From positions 32,001-96,000 of the forward strand of contig JBFOMH010000004.1 in NCBI GenBank assembly GCA_040830765.1: DNA of 64,000 nt, written 5' to 3'. A program made the translations under genes and the position numbers. Origin of the DNA: Puniceicoccaceae bacterium (lineage in GTDB: Bacteria; Verrucomicrobiota; Verrucomicrobiia; Opitutales; Oceanipulchritudinaceae). The notes beneath the pieces are model-generated. The model was not told the origin of the DNA. It was given only the letters and a program-made list of their open reading frames with translations, and ran no database searches. Shown here piece by piece: positions 21,388-29,976 of this stretch (position 1 is its first letter; every line of letters begins with the position of its first letter).

Positions 21388-22424
21388 AAAGCACCCAAGC
21401 CGCATCCATCGCCATTATCATCACCTTTGTCTTTGCCATCCTGACACTGGGGAAGGATCTCATCATCCCGATGGTCCTGGCCATCTTCATCTGGTACCTC
21501 ATCAACATCCTGGCAGACTCCATCGCCATGCTGAAGATCGGGAAATTCACCCCACCCCGTTTCCTCTGCTTCCTCCTCGCGATGTTTGTCATCTTCGGAT
21601 CGTTGATTGTCTTCACGAACCTGATCAGCACCAGCATTAACAATGTCATCAAGACCGCTCCCTCCTACCAGGCCAATGTGGAAAGCCTGCTGGAACGTGG
21701 TGCCGACCTGATGGGCCTGGACGAGTCGCCGCAGCTGGCAGAGCTGGTCCGCAAGATTGACTTCACGAAGATCATCCAGGGCCTGGGCCTGACCGTTGCC
21801 GGGTTCATTGGAAGTGCCGGGATTATCCTCATCTACACCCTCTTCATCTTTCTTGAGCAGAAATGCTTCCTGCCAAAAATCGATAACATGGTCGGAGGCG
21901 GGCAGCAGCGGGACAAGGTGCGTTCCATCATGCGCCGCATCTACAGCGACACCAAGACCTATATCGGCATCAAGACCCTGACCAGTCTCCTGACCGGATT
22001 TGTCAGCTACTTCATCATGCGCTCCATCGGCCTGGACTTTGCCGTCTTCTGGGCACTGCTGATTTTCCTCTTCAACTACATTCCGACGATTGGGTCCATC
22101 GTGGCCACGGTCTTCCCTTCCATCCTGGCCCTGGTCCAGTTCCCCACCCTGACCCCGTTCTTCATTGTGGTCATCGGCGTGACCGCCACCCAGATGGTTG
22201 TCGGGAATATCATCGAGCCTCGCCTGATGGGGAATACGCTGAACCTGAGCCCATTGGTCATCCTGCTCGCCCTCGCCTTGTGGGGATCGATATGGGGAAT
22301 CCCCGGGGCCATCCTTTGTGTTCCCATCACGGTCCTGATGATGATCATTTTCAGCAATTTCCAGGCCACCCGGCCAATTGCCATTCTCCTTTCCAAGAAC
22401 GGCGAGATCCGGCCGGATTCCTGA
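21384..22424 (+). CDS. AI-2E family transporter
   Basis: Multi-TM; FNYIPTIGS, GNIIEPRLMG..LNLSP, WGSIWGIPGAILCVP. Confidence 0.9.
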   Translation: MKSTQAASIAIIITFVFAILTLGKDLIIPMVLAIFIWYLINILADSIAMLKIGKFTPPRFLCFLLAMFVIFGSLIVFTNLISTSINNVIKTAPSYQANVESLLERGADLMGLDESPQLAELVRKIDFTKIIQGLGLTVAGFIGSAGIILIYTLFIFLEQKCFLPKIDNMVGGGQQRDKVRSIMRRIYSDTKTYIGIKTLTSLLTGFVSYFIMRSIGLDFAVFWALLIFLFNYIPTIGSIVATVFPSILALVQFPTLTPFFIVVIGVTATQMVVGNIIEPRLMGNTLNLSPLVILLALALWGSIWGIPGAILCVPITVLMMIIFSNFQATRPIAILLSKNGEIRPDS

Positions 22425-22428
22425 TTCG

Positions 22429-24909
22429 ATGTACCGTTCCCTTTTGATTGCCGCACAACTGGCAGCTGTTGTGGCCTCCGCCGGGCTACCGGAAGACTAT
22501 GGCCAAATCATCCTGAGCCGCCAGTCCTCCCCGGACGTCGAAGCATCAGCTGCTGACCTGGCCGGGTTGCTGGAACGCACCTACGGGGAACGGCCGCTTG
22601 TCCGGTTTGAAAACCTCCTCGGCGGCCCGCGGGGTATCCATGTCGGGCCCGTCAGGGAGCATCCCGCCTTTGACGGGGACCCCCTGACGGATGAAGTCGT
22701 GGTGGAGCGGACTAGGCGGGGACTGGAAATCCGGGGAAGCGACAACACAACGACCGCTTTTGCCGTCTATCGCTTTGCTGAGAACATGCTCGGCTGGCGC
22801 TATTTCCAGCCGGGTCCACTGGGAATGGAACGCCTGGATGACCCGCCCAAACCACCATCAGTCGCCGGCCCGGAGGAAATCCTCCTGCTCGAAAAGGCGG
22901 GATTCCTGAGCCGCAATCCCGATATTCGGGTCTCCCCCGGAGCTTCTCCCAATTGGCGTACCTGGCATGGCTTACGGGAACGGTTTGTCTATAACCATTC
23001 CCTGCACAAGGTCCTGCCGCCGGACAAGTTTGCGGATCACCCGGACTGGTTTGCCAAGGATACCGATGGGCGTCCCATCCGTCAGCCGTATCCCCAGCCC
23101 CATGGATACAACCATCATCCTGACCTCGCCAACCCGGAAGTACGCAACTGGGTAGCCCGGCAAACCCTGACGGCCCTGACAGGGGAAACGGCAAGCGACA
23201 GTTCCCTGCCCCAAGTCAGGCAATCGCCCGGATTAGTGTCGACCAGCCTGAGCCTTGGAGACTCCTACATTTTCGGCAGCTTTCCGGATGAATATCCATG
23301 GGATCCAGATGATTACTTCCGAAGATGGCCCGACTGGAGCAACCATGTCTTCGCCTACACCAATGAGGTCGCGAACGCCATATCGGCGTCATGGCGTCCG
23401 CAAGAGCCCGGCCAGCGACTGGCCCTGGGCGCCCTGGCCTACCTACGCTGGGAAAACATCCCTGACTTTCCGGTCCACTCCTCGGTAGTTCCCTACCTGA
23501 CCTTCGACAGGAGCCAATGGCACGATCCGGATGCCAGGCGGGATGACCCGGAACTTGTCAGCCAATGGAGCTTAGCTGGTCCGGAGATCATCGGGACATG
23601 GGACTATATTTTCGGTTATGGATACCTGATTCCGCGTTCCCTGCGGAAGGTGATCTCCGAATCCATTCCAGCCCTCCACGAGCGGGGTGTCCGGGCCTAC
23701 TATTCCCAGGTGTCCGCCATCTGGCCCTATGATGGCGTGACGAACTGGCTCGCTGCCCGGCTCTTGTGGCAGCCCCAGGCGGATGCAGCCGCTCTCGAAG
23801 CGGAGTTTTTCCGGGAGTTCTATGGTCCCGCGGCAGCCCCTATGCGCGCCTTCCACGACAAGGCGGAATCGCTCTGGATGGGCCAGGAGGGCAAGGGCTG
23901 GTGGCTCCGCTACTGGAAGGATCCCTGGCAGGCGGCCTTGTGGGATGCTGCGGACATTGAGGAGATGGAGGAAACGCTCCAGCAAGCACAGGAGCTGGAC
24001 CGCATGGAGGACGTTGCCACTTCGGACGGGCTTTCCGGATCCCGTTTCCTTGCCCGGGTTCAGGAGGTCGGAAATCTCTTCCAGCTGACGAGCCGCTTCG
24101 TGGAGTATATGCGCCTTTCATGGGAGCTCCAGGGGGGCGATTGGGAATCCGCGGATTCCGTCGGAATTGCCCAGGGGCTGAATCTGGCACTGAAGACCCT
24201 GGAGGCACGGGACCGCTTTGTCGGCAAGTCGGCGGAGGTCCGGCAGCAATCTCCCAACTCCCGCCACGCCCATGACCTCACCTGGCCATTTCGGTATGAC
24301 GGGATTGGGGCAGCGATCGCCGCCCTCCGGCAAAGGGCCGGGGAACTCGGTATGTCGCGCACCTACGGCCCACGGCTGGACGTCCTGATGTTGGCATGGT
24401 CACTGGCCCGCAGCCTGGAGGGAAGGCCCGCCTATTCCGGTGTTTCATCGGTCCTCCGGGACCAGACCTTCGCCTCGATTGAGGACCCGGGCGTGTGGCG
24501 GCAACAGTCGCTTGAATCGGAAGGCATGTTCATGGGAAGCGGCGGCCACGCAGCTGGGTACACTGCCAAGGATGTCCGCCGGGGACATATCTTCCAGGTC
24601 TTTGAGGCACAGGAGGGCCATTTTTATCTGGGAAGCCTTGATCTGGAATCCATCCAGAGTCCCTCCGGCGAAATCTACATCCGGCTCGATTTCTTCAATG
24701 GAAAGGAACTCCTGGCCAAGTCGGCCCGGGGCAGGCTGGCGCCGGTTGCTGAACAGGGTGCGAAGCAAAGGATCCGGGTCCTCTGGCAGGCCCCGGAGGG
24801 CACGACCCATGGACGTATCCTGGTTCGCTTTTATGAGATGGACGAGGGCAGCGAGGCGGACCTTTTCAGGATCAATGTCCTTGATCTGGGCTATCTTGGG
24901 AGCCCATGA
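22429..24909 (+). CDS. Secreted DUF4838-domain protein (glycoside hydrolase-like)
   Basis: Signal peptide MYRSLLIAAQLAAVVASA; AVYRFAENMLGWRYFQPG, HPDWFA, PDLANPEV, LAYL, WLAARLLWQP, FYGPAAAPMR. Confidence 0.7.
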   Translation: MYRSLLIAAQLAAVVASAGLPEDYGQIILSRQSSPDVEASAADLAGLLERTYGERPLVRFENLLGGPRGIHVGPVREHPAFDGDPLTDEVVVERTRRGLEIRGSDNTTTAFAVYRFAENMLGWRYFQPGPLGMERLDDPPKPPSVAGPEEILLLEKAGFLSRNPDIRVSPGASPNWRTWHGLRERFVYNHSLHKVLPPDKFADHPDWFAKDTDGRPIRQPYPQPHGYNHHPDLANPEVRNWVARQTLTALTGETASDSSLPQVRQSPGLVSTSLSLGDSYIFGSFPDEYPWDPDDYFRRWPDWSNHVFAYTNEVANAISASWRPQEPGQRLALGALAYLRWENIPDFPVHSSVVPYLTFDRSQWHDPDARRDDPELVSQWSLAGPEIIGTWDYIFGYGYLIPRSLRKVISESIPALHERGVRAYYSQVSAIWPYDGVTNWLAARLLWQPQADAAALEAEFFREFYGPAAAPMRAFHDKAESLWMGQEGKGWWLRYWKDPWQAALWDAADIEEMEETLQQAQELDRMEDVATSDGLSGSRFLARVQEVGNLFQLTSRFVEYMRLSWELQGGDWESADSVGIAQGLNLALKTLEARDRFVGKSAEVRQQSPNSRHAHDLTWPFRYDGIGAAIAALRQRAGELGMSRTYGPRLDVLMLAWSLARSLEGRPAYSGVSSVLRDQTFASIEDPGVWRQQSLESEGMFMGSGGHAAGYTAKDVRRGHIFQVFEAQEGHFYLGSLDLESIQSPSGEIYIRLDFFNGKELLAKSARGRLAPVAEQGAKQRIRVLWQAPEGTTHGRILVRFYEMDEGSEADLFRINVLDLGYLGSP

Positions 24910-25486
24910 ATTCCGTCATCGTGGCGGCATTCTCGGCATTAATCCCCTCCCGCTGCAGAACCGTCAAAACGGTCTTCCAGAGGATTACCAGGTCGAGCTT
25001 TAGCGAGCGGTTGTCGACGTACCAGACATCATGGCGGAAGCGGTCCTCCCAGCTGAGAAGGTTGCGTCCATTCACCTGGGCCCATCCGGTAATTCCCGGA
25101 AGGCAGTCCTGCCGGCGGGCCTGCTCGGGTGTGTAGCGAGGCAGGTACTTTGTCGGCAGCGGCCGGGGTCCCACCAGGCTCATCTGGCCCCTGAGAACAT
25201 TGAGCAGCTCAGGAAGCTCATCCAGCGAAAGGGACCTCAAGAGGCGGCCGCTGCGGGTGAGGCGCTCCTCGTCCGGCAGCAGGTTACCGTTGCTATCCCG
25301 GAGGTCCTTCATGGTGCGGAACTTGATGATATGAAAGGGTTTCCTCCCCAGCCCGGCCCGTTCCTGACGGAAAAAGGCCGGCCGCCCGAAGGAAATGAGG
25401 ACGAATAGCCACGTCGCGAGAAACAGGAGCAGCCAGATGGGCGCACTGATGAGGATAAGAAGAATGTCCAGGATGCGCTTGGTCAT
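24872..25486 (-). CDS. Monotopic phosphoglycosyltransferase (PglC/Bac_transf family)
   Basis: KRILD, KFRTM, SLDELPEL, MSLVGPRP, PGITGWAQVNGRN, DVWYVDN. Confidence 0.93.
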   Translation of the reverse strand: MTKRILDILLILISAPIWLLLFLATWLFVLISFGRPAFFRQERAGLGRKPFHIIKFRTMKDLRDSNGNLLPDEERLTRSGRLLRSLSLDELPELLNVLRGQMSLVGPRPLPTKYLPRYTPEQARRQDCLPGITGWAQVNGRNLLSWEDRFRHDVWYVDNRSLKLDLVILWKTVLTVLQREGINAENAATMTEFMGSQDSPDQGH

Positions 25487-25511
25487 GGGTGCGAGGGTCC
25501 GCTGGCTGGAA

Positions 25512-27401
25512 TCAGGTAATATACGGCTTATATTCGGGGACAAAGTCCTTGATCATCTGCTTCAGGCTCTCCGTGTTGGCCGTGCCGAATTTTGAGGAGA
25601 TATTTTCCAGAAACGCCTCCACGTCAGCCAGCGGATAAGGCTCACCGGTAAACCGGAGAATCTTCGGATGGTGGGTCGGGGTATATTTTTCCCCAACATG
25701 CTGCAGTTCCTCAAAGAGCTTTTCCCCCGGCCGAAGCCCGATGAAGCTGATCTCAATGTCCTTTTCCGGCTCGTACCCGGAAAGCTGAATCATCCGATGG
25801 GCCAAATCGACAATCTTGATCGGATGGCCCATATCGAGGACGAAGATTTCCCCGCCGGAGGCCTGGGTGGCGCACTGAAGCACGAGCCCGGCTGCCTCGG
25901 GAATGGTCATGAAGTAGCGGATGACCTCGGGATGCGTGACCGTCACCGGTCCCCCCTCGGCAATCTGTTTCCGGAAAAGGGGCACCACGCTTCCGGAGGA
26001 GCCCAGGACGTTACCAAAGCGGACGGCCATGAAACGCGTTTTCGAGCCGTTCGACTGGTTGTAGCTTTGCAGGAAAATTTCCGCCATCCGCTTGCTGGCC
26101 CCCATGACGTTGGTCGGGTTGATGGCCTTGTCGGTCGAAATGAAGATAAAACGCTCCACCTCGTACTCCTTGGCCAGGGTTGCGGTCAGGCGAGTGCCGA
26201 GGGTGTTGTTTTTCAACGCTTCCACCGGCTGGTGCTCCATCATCGGAACATGCTTGTGAGCGGCGGCATGGAAGACGATGTCCGGCTTGTAACGGCTGAA
26301 GAGTTCACGCATCCGCGGCTCGTCACAGACATCGGCAATCAAGGGAAGCACGTTCCCGTTCGTCAGGGCCAGTCGACGGATATCCATTTCGATGGCATAG
26401 AGCTGCACCTCGCAACGGTCAACCAGCAGGAGACGCTCAGGAACGTTACTGAAAATCTGGCGGCACAATTCACTGCCAATGCTCCCTCCGGCACCCGTGA
26501 CCATGACCACCTTGCCCTGGATGAGGGCCCGGATGTCATCGGTGTCCAGGTCCACCTGCTCGCGTCCCAGCAAATCCTCGATCTCTACTGGCCGGATGCG
26601 TGATGCCCGGACCTTGCCGGTGGCCAGCTCCGAAACCGACGGCATGATGTCCGTGCTCAGGCCAAGGGCACCGGCTGCCTCGGTTATTTCCAGGATCCGC
26701 TTTGGGGAAGCTGTCGGCATGGCAAGAATAATCCCCTGGATGCCAAACCGCTTTTTCATCTCCTCGAGCTCGTCCGTTCCTCCCGCAACCGGGATGCCAT
26801 GAATCCGATGGCGCCATTTTTTACGATTATCGTCGAGAAAAACGACCGGACGCAGGCCAACGGCGGCCCGGCTCAATAAATCATAGGCCAGATTCGCCCC
26901 GGTCATGCCGGCTCCGAGGATGGCAACCCGTTTTCGCTTCCTGAGAGTGGCTGAATCCTGCATATACCGCTCCCGGTAAACCCGCAGGGACATCCGGAAG
27001 GCGGTCAGGAAAAAGAGGCTGAAAATGTAATCCGCCAGCAGGACACTGCGGGGGGAAATGATGAAATCGGGCATGATATACCATGCCTGGACGAGCAGAA
27101 TCGACGACAAGGTGAGGGCCATCCCGATGCGGTTCAGGTCCGGCAGGCGGAAGTAGCTCAGGAGGATCCCGAATTGCCCGAAGAGCATGAGGAAGAACAA
27201 CTTAATGGCCACCACGAGGGGCAAGGCGAGGACGTATTCCAGCTGGTAGGTTTCCGGAATCACGAAGTCCCACCGGAGCAAATAGCCAATCCACAGGCTG
27301 ACCGCGAAGATGGCACTGTAGATCAGGACCAGGGAAATCGTCCGTCCCAGAAGAAACTGGCCGGCGACCGACTTGATGAGGCTGTTCAGGCGCTTCTGCA
27401 T
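25512..27401 (-). CDS. Membrane-bound UDP-GlcNAc 4,6-dehydratase (PglF/CapD/WbpM)
   Basis: Four N-terminal TMs, VTGAGGSIGSELC, HAAAHKHVP, ISTDKA, MGASKR, VRFGNVLGSSGSV, LRPGEKL. Confidence 0.95.
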   Translation of the reverse strand: MQKRLNSLIKSVAGQFLLGRTISLVLIYSAIFAVSLWIGYLLRWDFVIPETYQLEYVLALPLVVAIKLFFLMLFGQFGILLSYFRLPDLNRIGMALTLSSILLVQAWYIMPDFIISPRSVLLADYIFSLFFLTAFRMSLRVYRERYMQDSATLRKRKRVAILGAGMTGANLAYDLLSRAAVGLRPVVFLDDNRKKWRHRIHGIPVAGGTDELEEMKKRFGIQGIILAMPTASPKRILEITEAAGALGLSTDIMPSVSELATGKVRASRIRPVEIEDLLGREQVDLDTDDIRALIQGKVVMVTGAGGSIGSELCRQIFSNVPERLLLVDRCEVQLYAIEMDIRRLALTNGNVLPLIADVCDEPRMRELFSRYKPDIVFHAAAHKHVPMMEHQPVEALKNNTLGTRLTATLAKEYEVERFIFISTDKAINPTNVMGASKRMAEIFLQSYNQSNGSKTRFMAVRFGNVLGSSGSVVPLFRKQIAEGGPVTVTHPEVIRYFMTIPEAAGLVLQCATQASGGEIFVLDMGHPIKIVDLAHRMIQLSGYEPEKDIEISFIGLRPGEKLFEELQHVGEKYTPTHHPKILRFTGEPYPLADVEAFLENISSKFGTANTESLKQMIKDFVPEYKPYIT

Positions 27402-27604
27402 CTATTGTGAGGACAAACCTTCAACAAGAGTTGTTCAGGTTCTTCTGACAAGCGAAATCTGGATCGTCGCCTATGGCCGATGAAATCCCGCTGGGGAGCT
27501 CAAATCTCTTTTCTAAATTGTTATTGACAAGGAACTGGGAAACTTATGAAACATATATAGGTATAATCCCCTATTTTAGTCGCGAAAACTAAATAAACAG
27601 TCAC

Positions 27605-28714
27605 ATGGTCAATTCTACATACATACAGGTTTTCCTGTTTGTCTCGGGACTCGCTGTCGGGATCACGGCTACAGCCGTGCTCACTGTCCTGGTCAAACGC
27701 CTGGCGCTGCGCTGGAACCTGGTCGACAATCCGAATCACCGGAGTGTCCATTCCAAGCCCATTCCCCGTGTCGGGGGCATCGCCATTGTCGGCGGGTTCA
27801 TTGTTGGACTCACCTATTTTTACATGCTGCAGCTCATCGTCGAGGATTTCGCCTGGATAATCGATTTTCCAAGCAAATGGATTCTCCTGGGAGCGGGCAT
27901 GATGTTCCTTCTCGGGCTGGTGGATGATGTCCTCCACCTGAAGGCACGGGTTAAGCTCTTTTTCCAGGCATTGGCCGCATTTATCGTGGTCGGCGCCGGA
28001 TACCGGTTTGAAATTCCCTTCCTGCAATTCCAGGACATGGGGACCCTCAACACCATCATCTCTGGTGGCATCACCTTCCTCTGGATTATCGGCATCATCA
28101 ATGCCGTCAACCTGATGGATGGCATGGACGGGCTTGCTGCCGGAATGGGCGTGATTGCTGTCAGCAGCCTGAGCATTGCCCTGGCCCTCAACGGTTATGG
28201 CTCGGACATCGTCCTGGTCACTGCCTTTGTTGCCGCACTGGTCGGATTCCTCGTTTATAACACGCATCCGGCAAGCATTTTCATGGGGGATTCCGGGAGC
28301 CTATTCCTTGGGTTCATCCTCGCCACCTTTGCCTTGCCGACCTCCGGCATGCCTGTGGGTGGCCTCTCCTATCTTGTCCCGATCCTCGCGCTCGGCCTGC
28401 CCATCCTTGACACCGCCACGGCCATTTTCCGTCGCGCTTCCCAAGGCAAAGGCGTTTTTACCGCCGACCGGGATCACATCCACCACCGCATCCTGCAAAA
28501 GACCGGCCAGAAGCAGCGTTCCGCTGTTTTCGCGCTCTACGCAGTCAACGTGGTCTTCGGGGTGATGGCCATTCTCATCCTCACCTCCCAGGCCTTCGCC
28601 CAAGTGGCGCTTATCCTTTCACTAACCGCAATTTTCTGTCTTCTGTTCCTTCTCAAGCTGGGATACATTCAGATCAAACAAGAATCTCCACTTAAAGACT
28701 CCCAAGCACATTAA
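27605..28714 (+). CDS. wecA: Undecaprenyl-phosphate GlcNAc-1-phosphate transferase (WecA/TagO, MraY family)
   Basis: PRVGGIA, GLVDD, NAVNLMDGMDGLA, FMGDSGS, DRDHIHH. Confidence 0.9.
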   Translation: MVNSTYIQVFLFVSGLAVGITATAVLTVLVKRLALRWNLVDNPNHRSVHSKPIPRVGGIAIVGGFIVGLTYFYMLQLIVEDFAWIIDFPSKWILLGAGMMFLLGLVDDVLHLKARVKLFFQALAAFIVVGAGYRFEIPFLQFQDMGTLNTIISGGITFLWIIGIINAVNLMDGMDGLAAGMGVIAVSSLSIALALNGYGSDIVLVTAFVAALVGFLVYNTHPASIFMGDSGSLFLGFILATFALPTSGMPVGGLSYLVPILALGLPILDTATAIFRRASQGKGVFTADRDHIHHRILQKTGQKQRSAVFALYAVNVVFGVMAILILTSQAFAQVALILSLTAIFCLLFLLKLGYIQIKQESPLKDSQAH

Positions 28715-28720
28715 TCAAAT

Positions 28721-29809
28721 ATGGGCGCATTCCCCGAAAGTCGTCCAACCACATCCCCCGATACGAAGCAAGCAGCGCTGATATGCCCGGAAGATGTGGA
28801 TTGGATTTTTGACGTTGATACACTCCGTTCCGCCGGAGGGGAAACGTTGATGCGGCTACATGGATTGGAAGAGGCGCCGAAGGACTATCCCCACTATCCC
28901 TTTAACCTGAGCAACAGCTCTGCCGTCATCTGGGACCAGACGGTCCGGAAGCTTTCCATGGCAGCCGGGGAATCCCACCTCATCGTCACCGGGCACAGCC
29001 GCAGCGAGGCCCAGGACATTGTCTTCTATGCCCGCATCGCCGGATACCGTGAGGAAGGCCTGCCGCGGATTGCCGCCACTTTCCAGAAGATTGACCAATC
29101 GAGTTACCAGACGGTAGCCGACTCCACCCGTCAAAACTGGCTCTATCTCCTTCACGAGATCAAGAACCCGATCTCCATCCTCAAGACCGCCGAGGACCTG
29201 GAGTTCCAGAAGGCGACTGGTGGAGTGAGTCCCGAAGAGGCCTCCCAGACCCGGCTCTTTGCCATGGCCTGCCTCGAGGACCACCTGCGCAACGGGGTCT
29301 TCCTGGCCACTGAGGATTCACGGATGATCCCCAGTCACCCTGAGCCGCTTGACCTGAAGATCTTCCTCGACGATGTCCGCGCAACCTTCCAGACCCTCCT
29401 GCGCCTGCAGAATAACACACTGGAAGTGAAGCTGGATATCGACACCCACCAGGTTGCCCGGATCGACCGCACCCTGCTGGCCCAGCTGCTCAATAACCTT
29501 CTCCTGAACAAGATGAACGTCCTCCAGGGAGAGACCGTTGTCCTCGAGTGCTCCCTCGGCAGTTCGAGGCATGACGGAAGCGGGACCCACCTTGTCATCA
29601 CCATCGAGGACGAGGGACCGCCCTTCCCGGAATTTGTCCTCCACGGCGGTGAACAGGAAATCAACCTTGAGGGCCTCCTCCAAGTGCAGCGCAGCTCCGG
29701 TTTAGGCTTGCCGATTTGCCGAAGAATTGCCTCCGTAATGGGAGGAGAAATCAAGTTCTACAACGATGCGCCAAAAACCCGCATCCGTATCTGGTTGCCC
29801 CTTGAATAG
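28721..29809 (+). CDS. Cytoplasmic sensor histidine kinase, atypical ATP-binding boxes
   Basis: H-box LHEIKNPISIL, QLLNNLLLN, IEDEG, SGLGLPIC, MGGEI; no TM segment. Confidence 0.75.
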   Translation: MGAFPESRPTTSPDTKQAALICPEDVDWIFDVDTLRSAGGETLMRLHGLEEAPKDYPHYPFNLSNSSAVIWDQTVRKLSMAAGESHLIVTGHSRSEAQDIVFYARIAGYREEGLPRIAATFQKIDQSSYQTVADSTRQNWLYLLHEIKNPISILKTAEDLEFQKATGGVSPEEASQTRLFAMACLEDHLRNGVFLATEDSRMIPSHPEPLDLKIFLDDVRATFQTLLRLQNNTLEVKLDIDTHQVARIDRTLLAQLLNNLLLNKMNVLQGETVVLECSLGSSRHDGSGTHLVITIEDEGPPFPEFVLHGGEQEINLEGLLQVQRSSGLGLPICRRIASVMGGEIKFYNDAPKTRIRIWLPLE

Positions 29810-29864
29810 ATAACTTTCGCGACAATTCCTACAGACAGCAGCAGAAGTAGGACCATGAAGACAC

Positions 29865-29900
29865 AGCGCGCGGTCGGCAACGGCCGCGCGCTACTTCTTT
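29865..29900 (+). terminator. Probable intrinsic terminator of wecA-kinase
   Basis: 12-bp stem AGCGCGCGGTCG/CGGCCGCGCGCT with GCAA loop, followed by ACTTCTTT. Confidence 0.55.
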
Positions 29901-29976
29901 GAATAGTTTGTCAATATGTCATCTCGACTTGCACGCCGAACCGAATTCCCCTAGGAACATTGGCGAAAACAGGTTC

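Noticed and set aside
27524..27567. TTGACA and TATAAT hexamers upstream of wecA
   Set aside because: They are 32 nt apart, so they cannot form one sigma70 promoter; not called.
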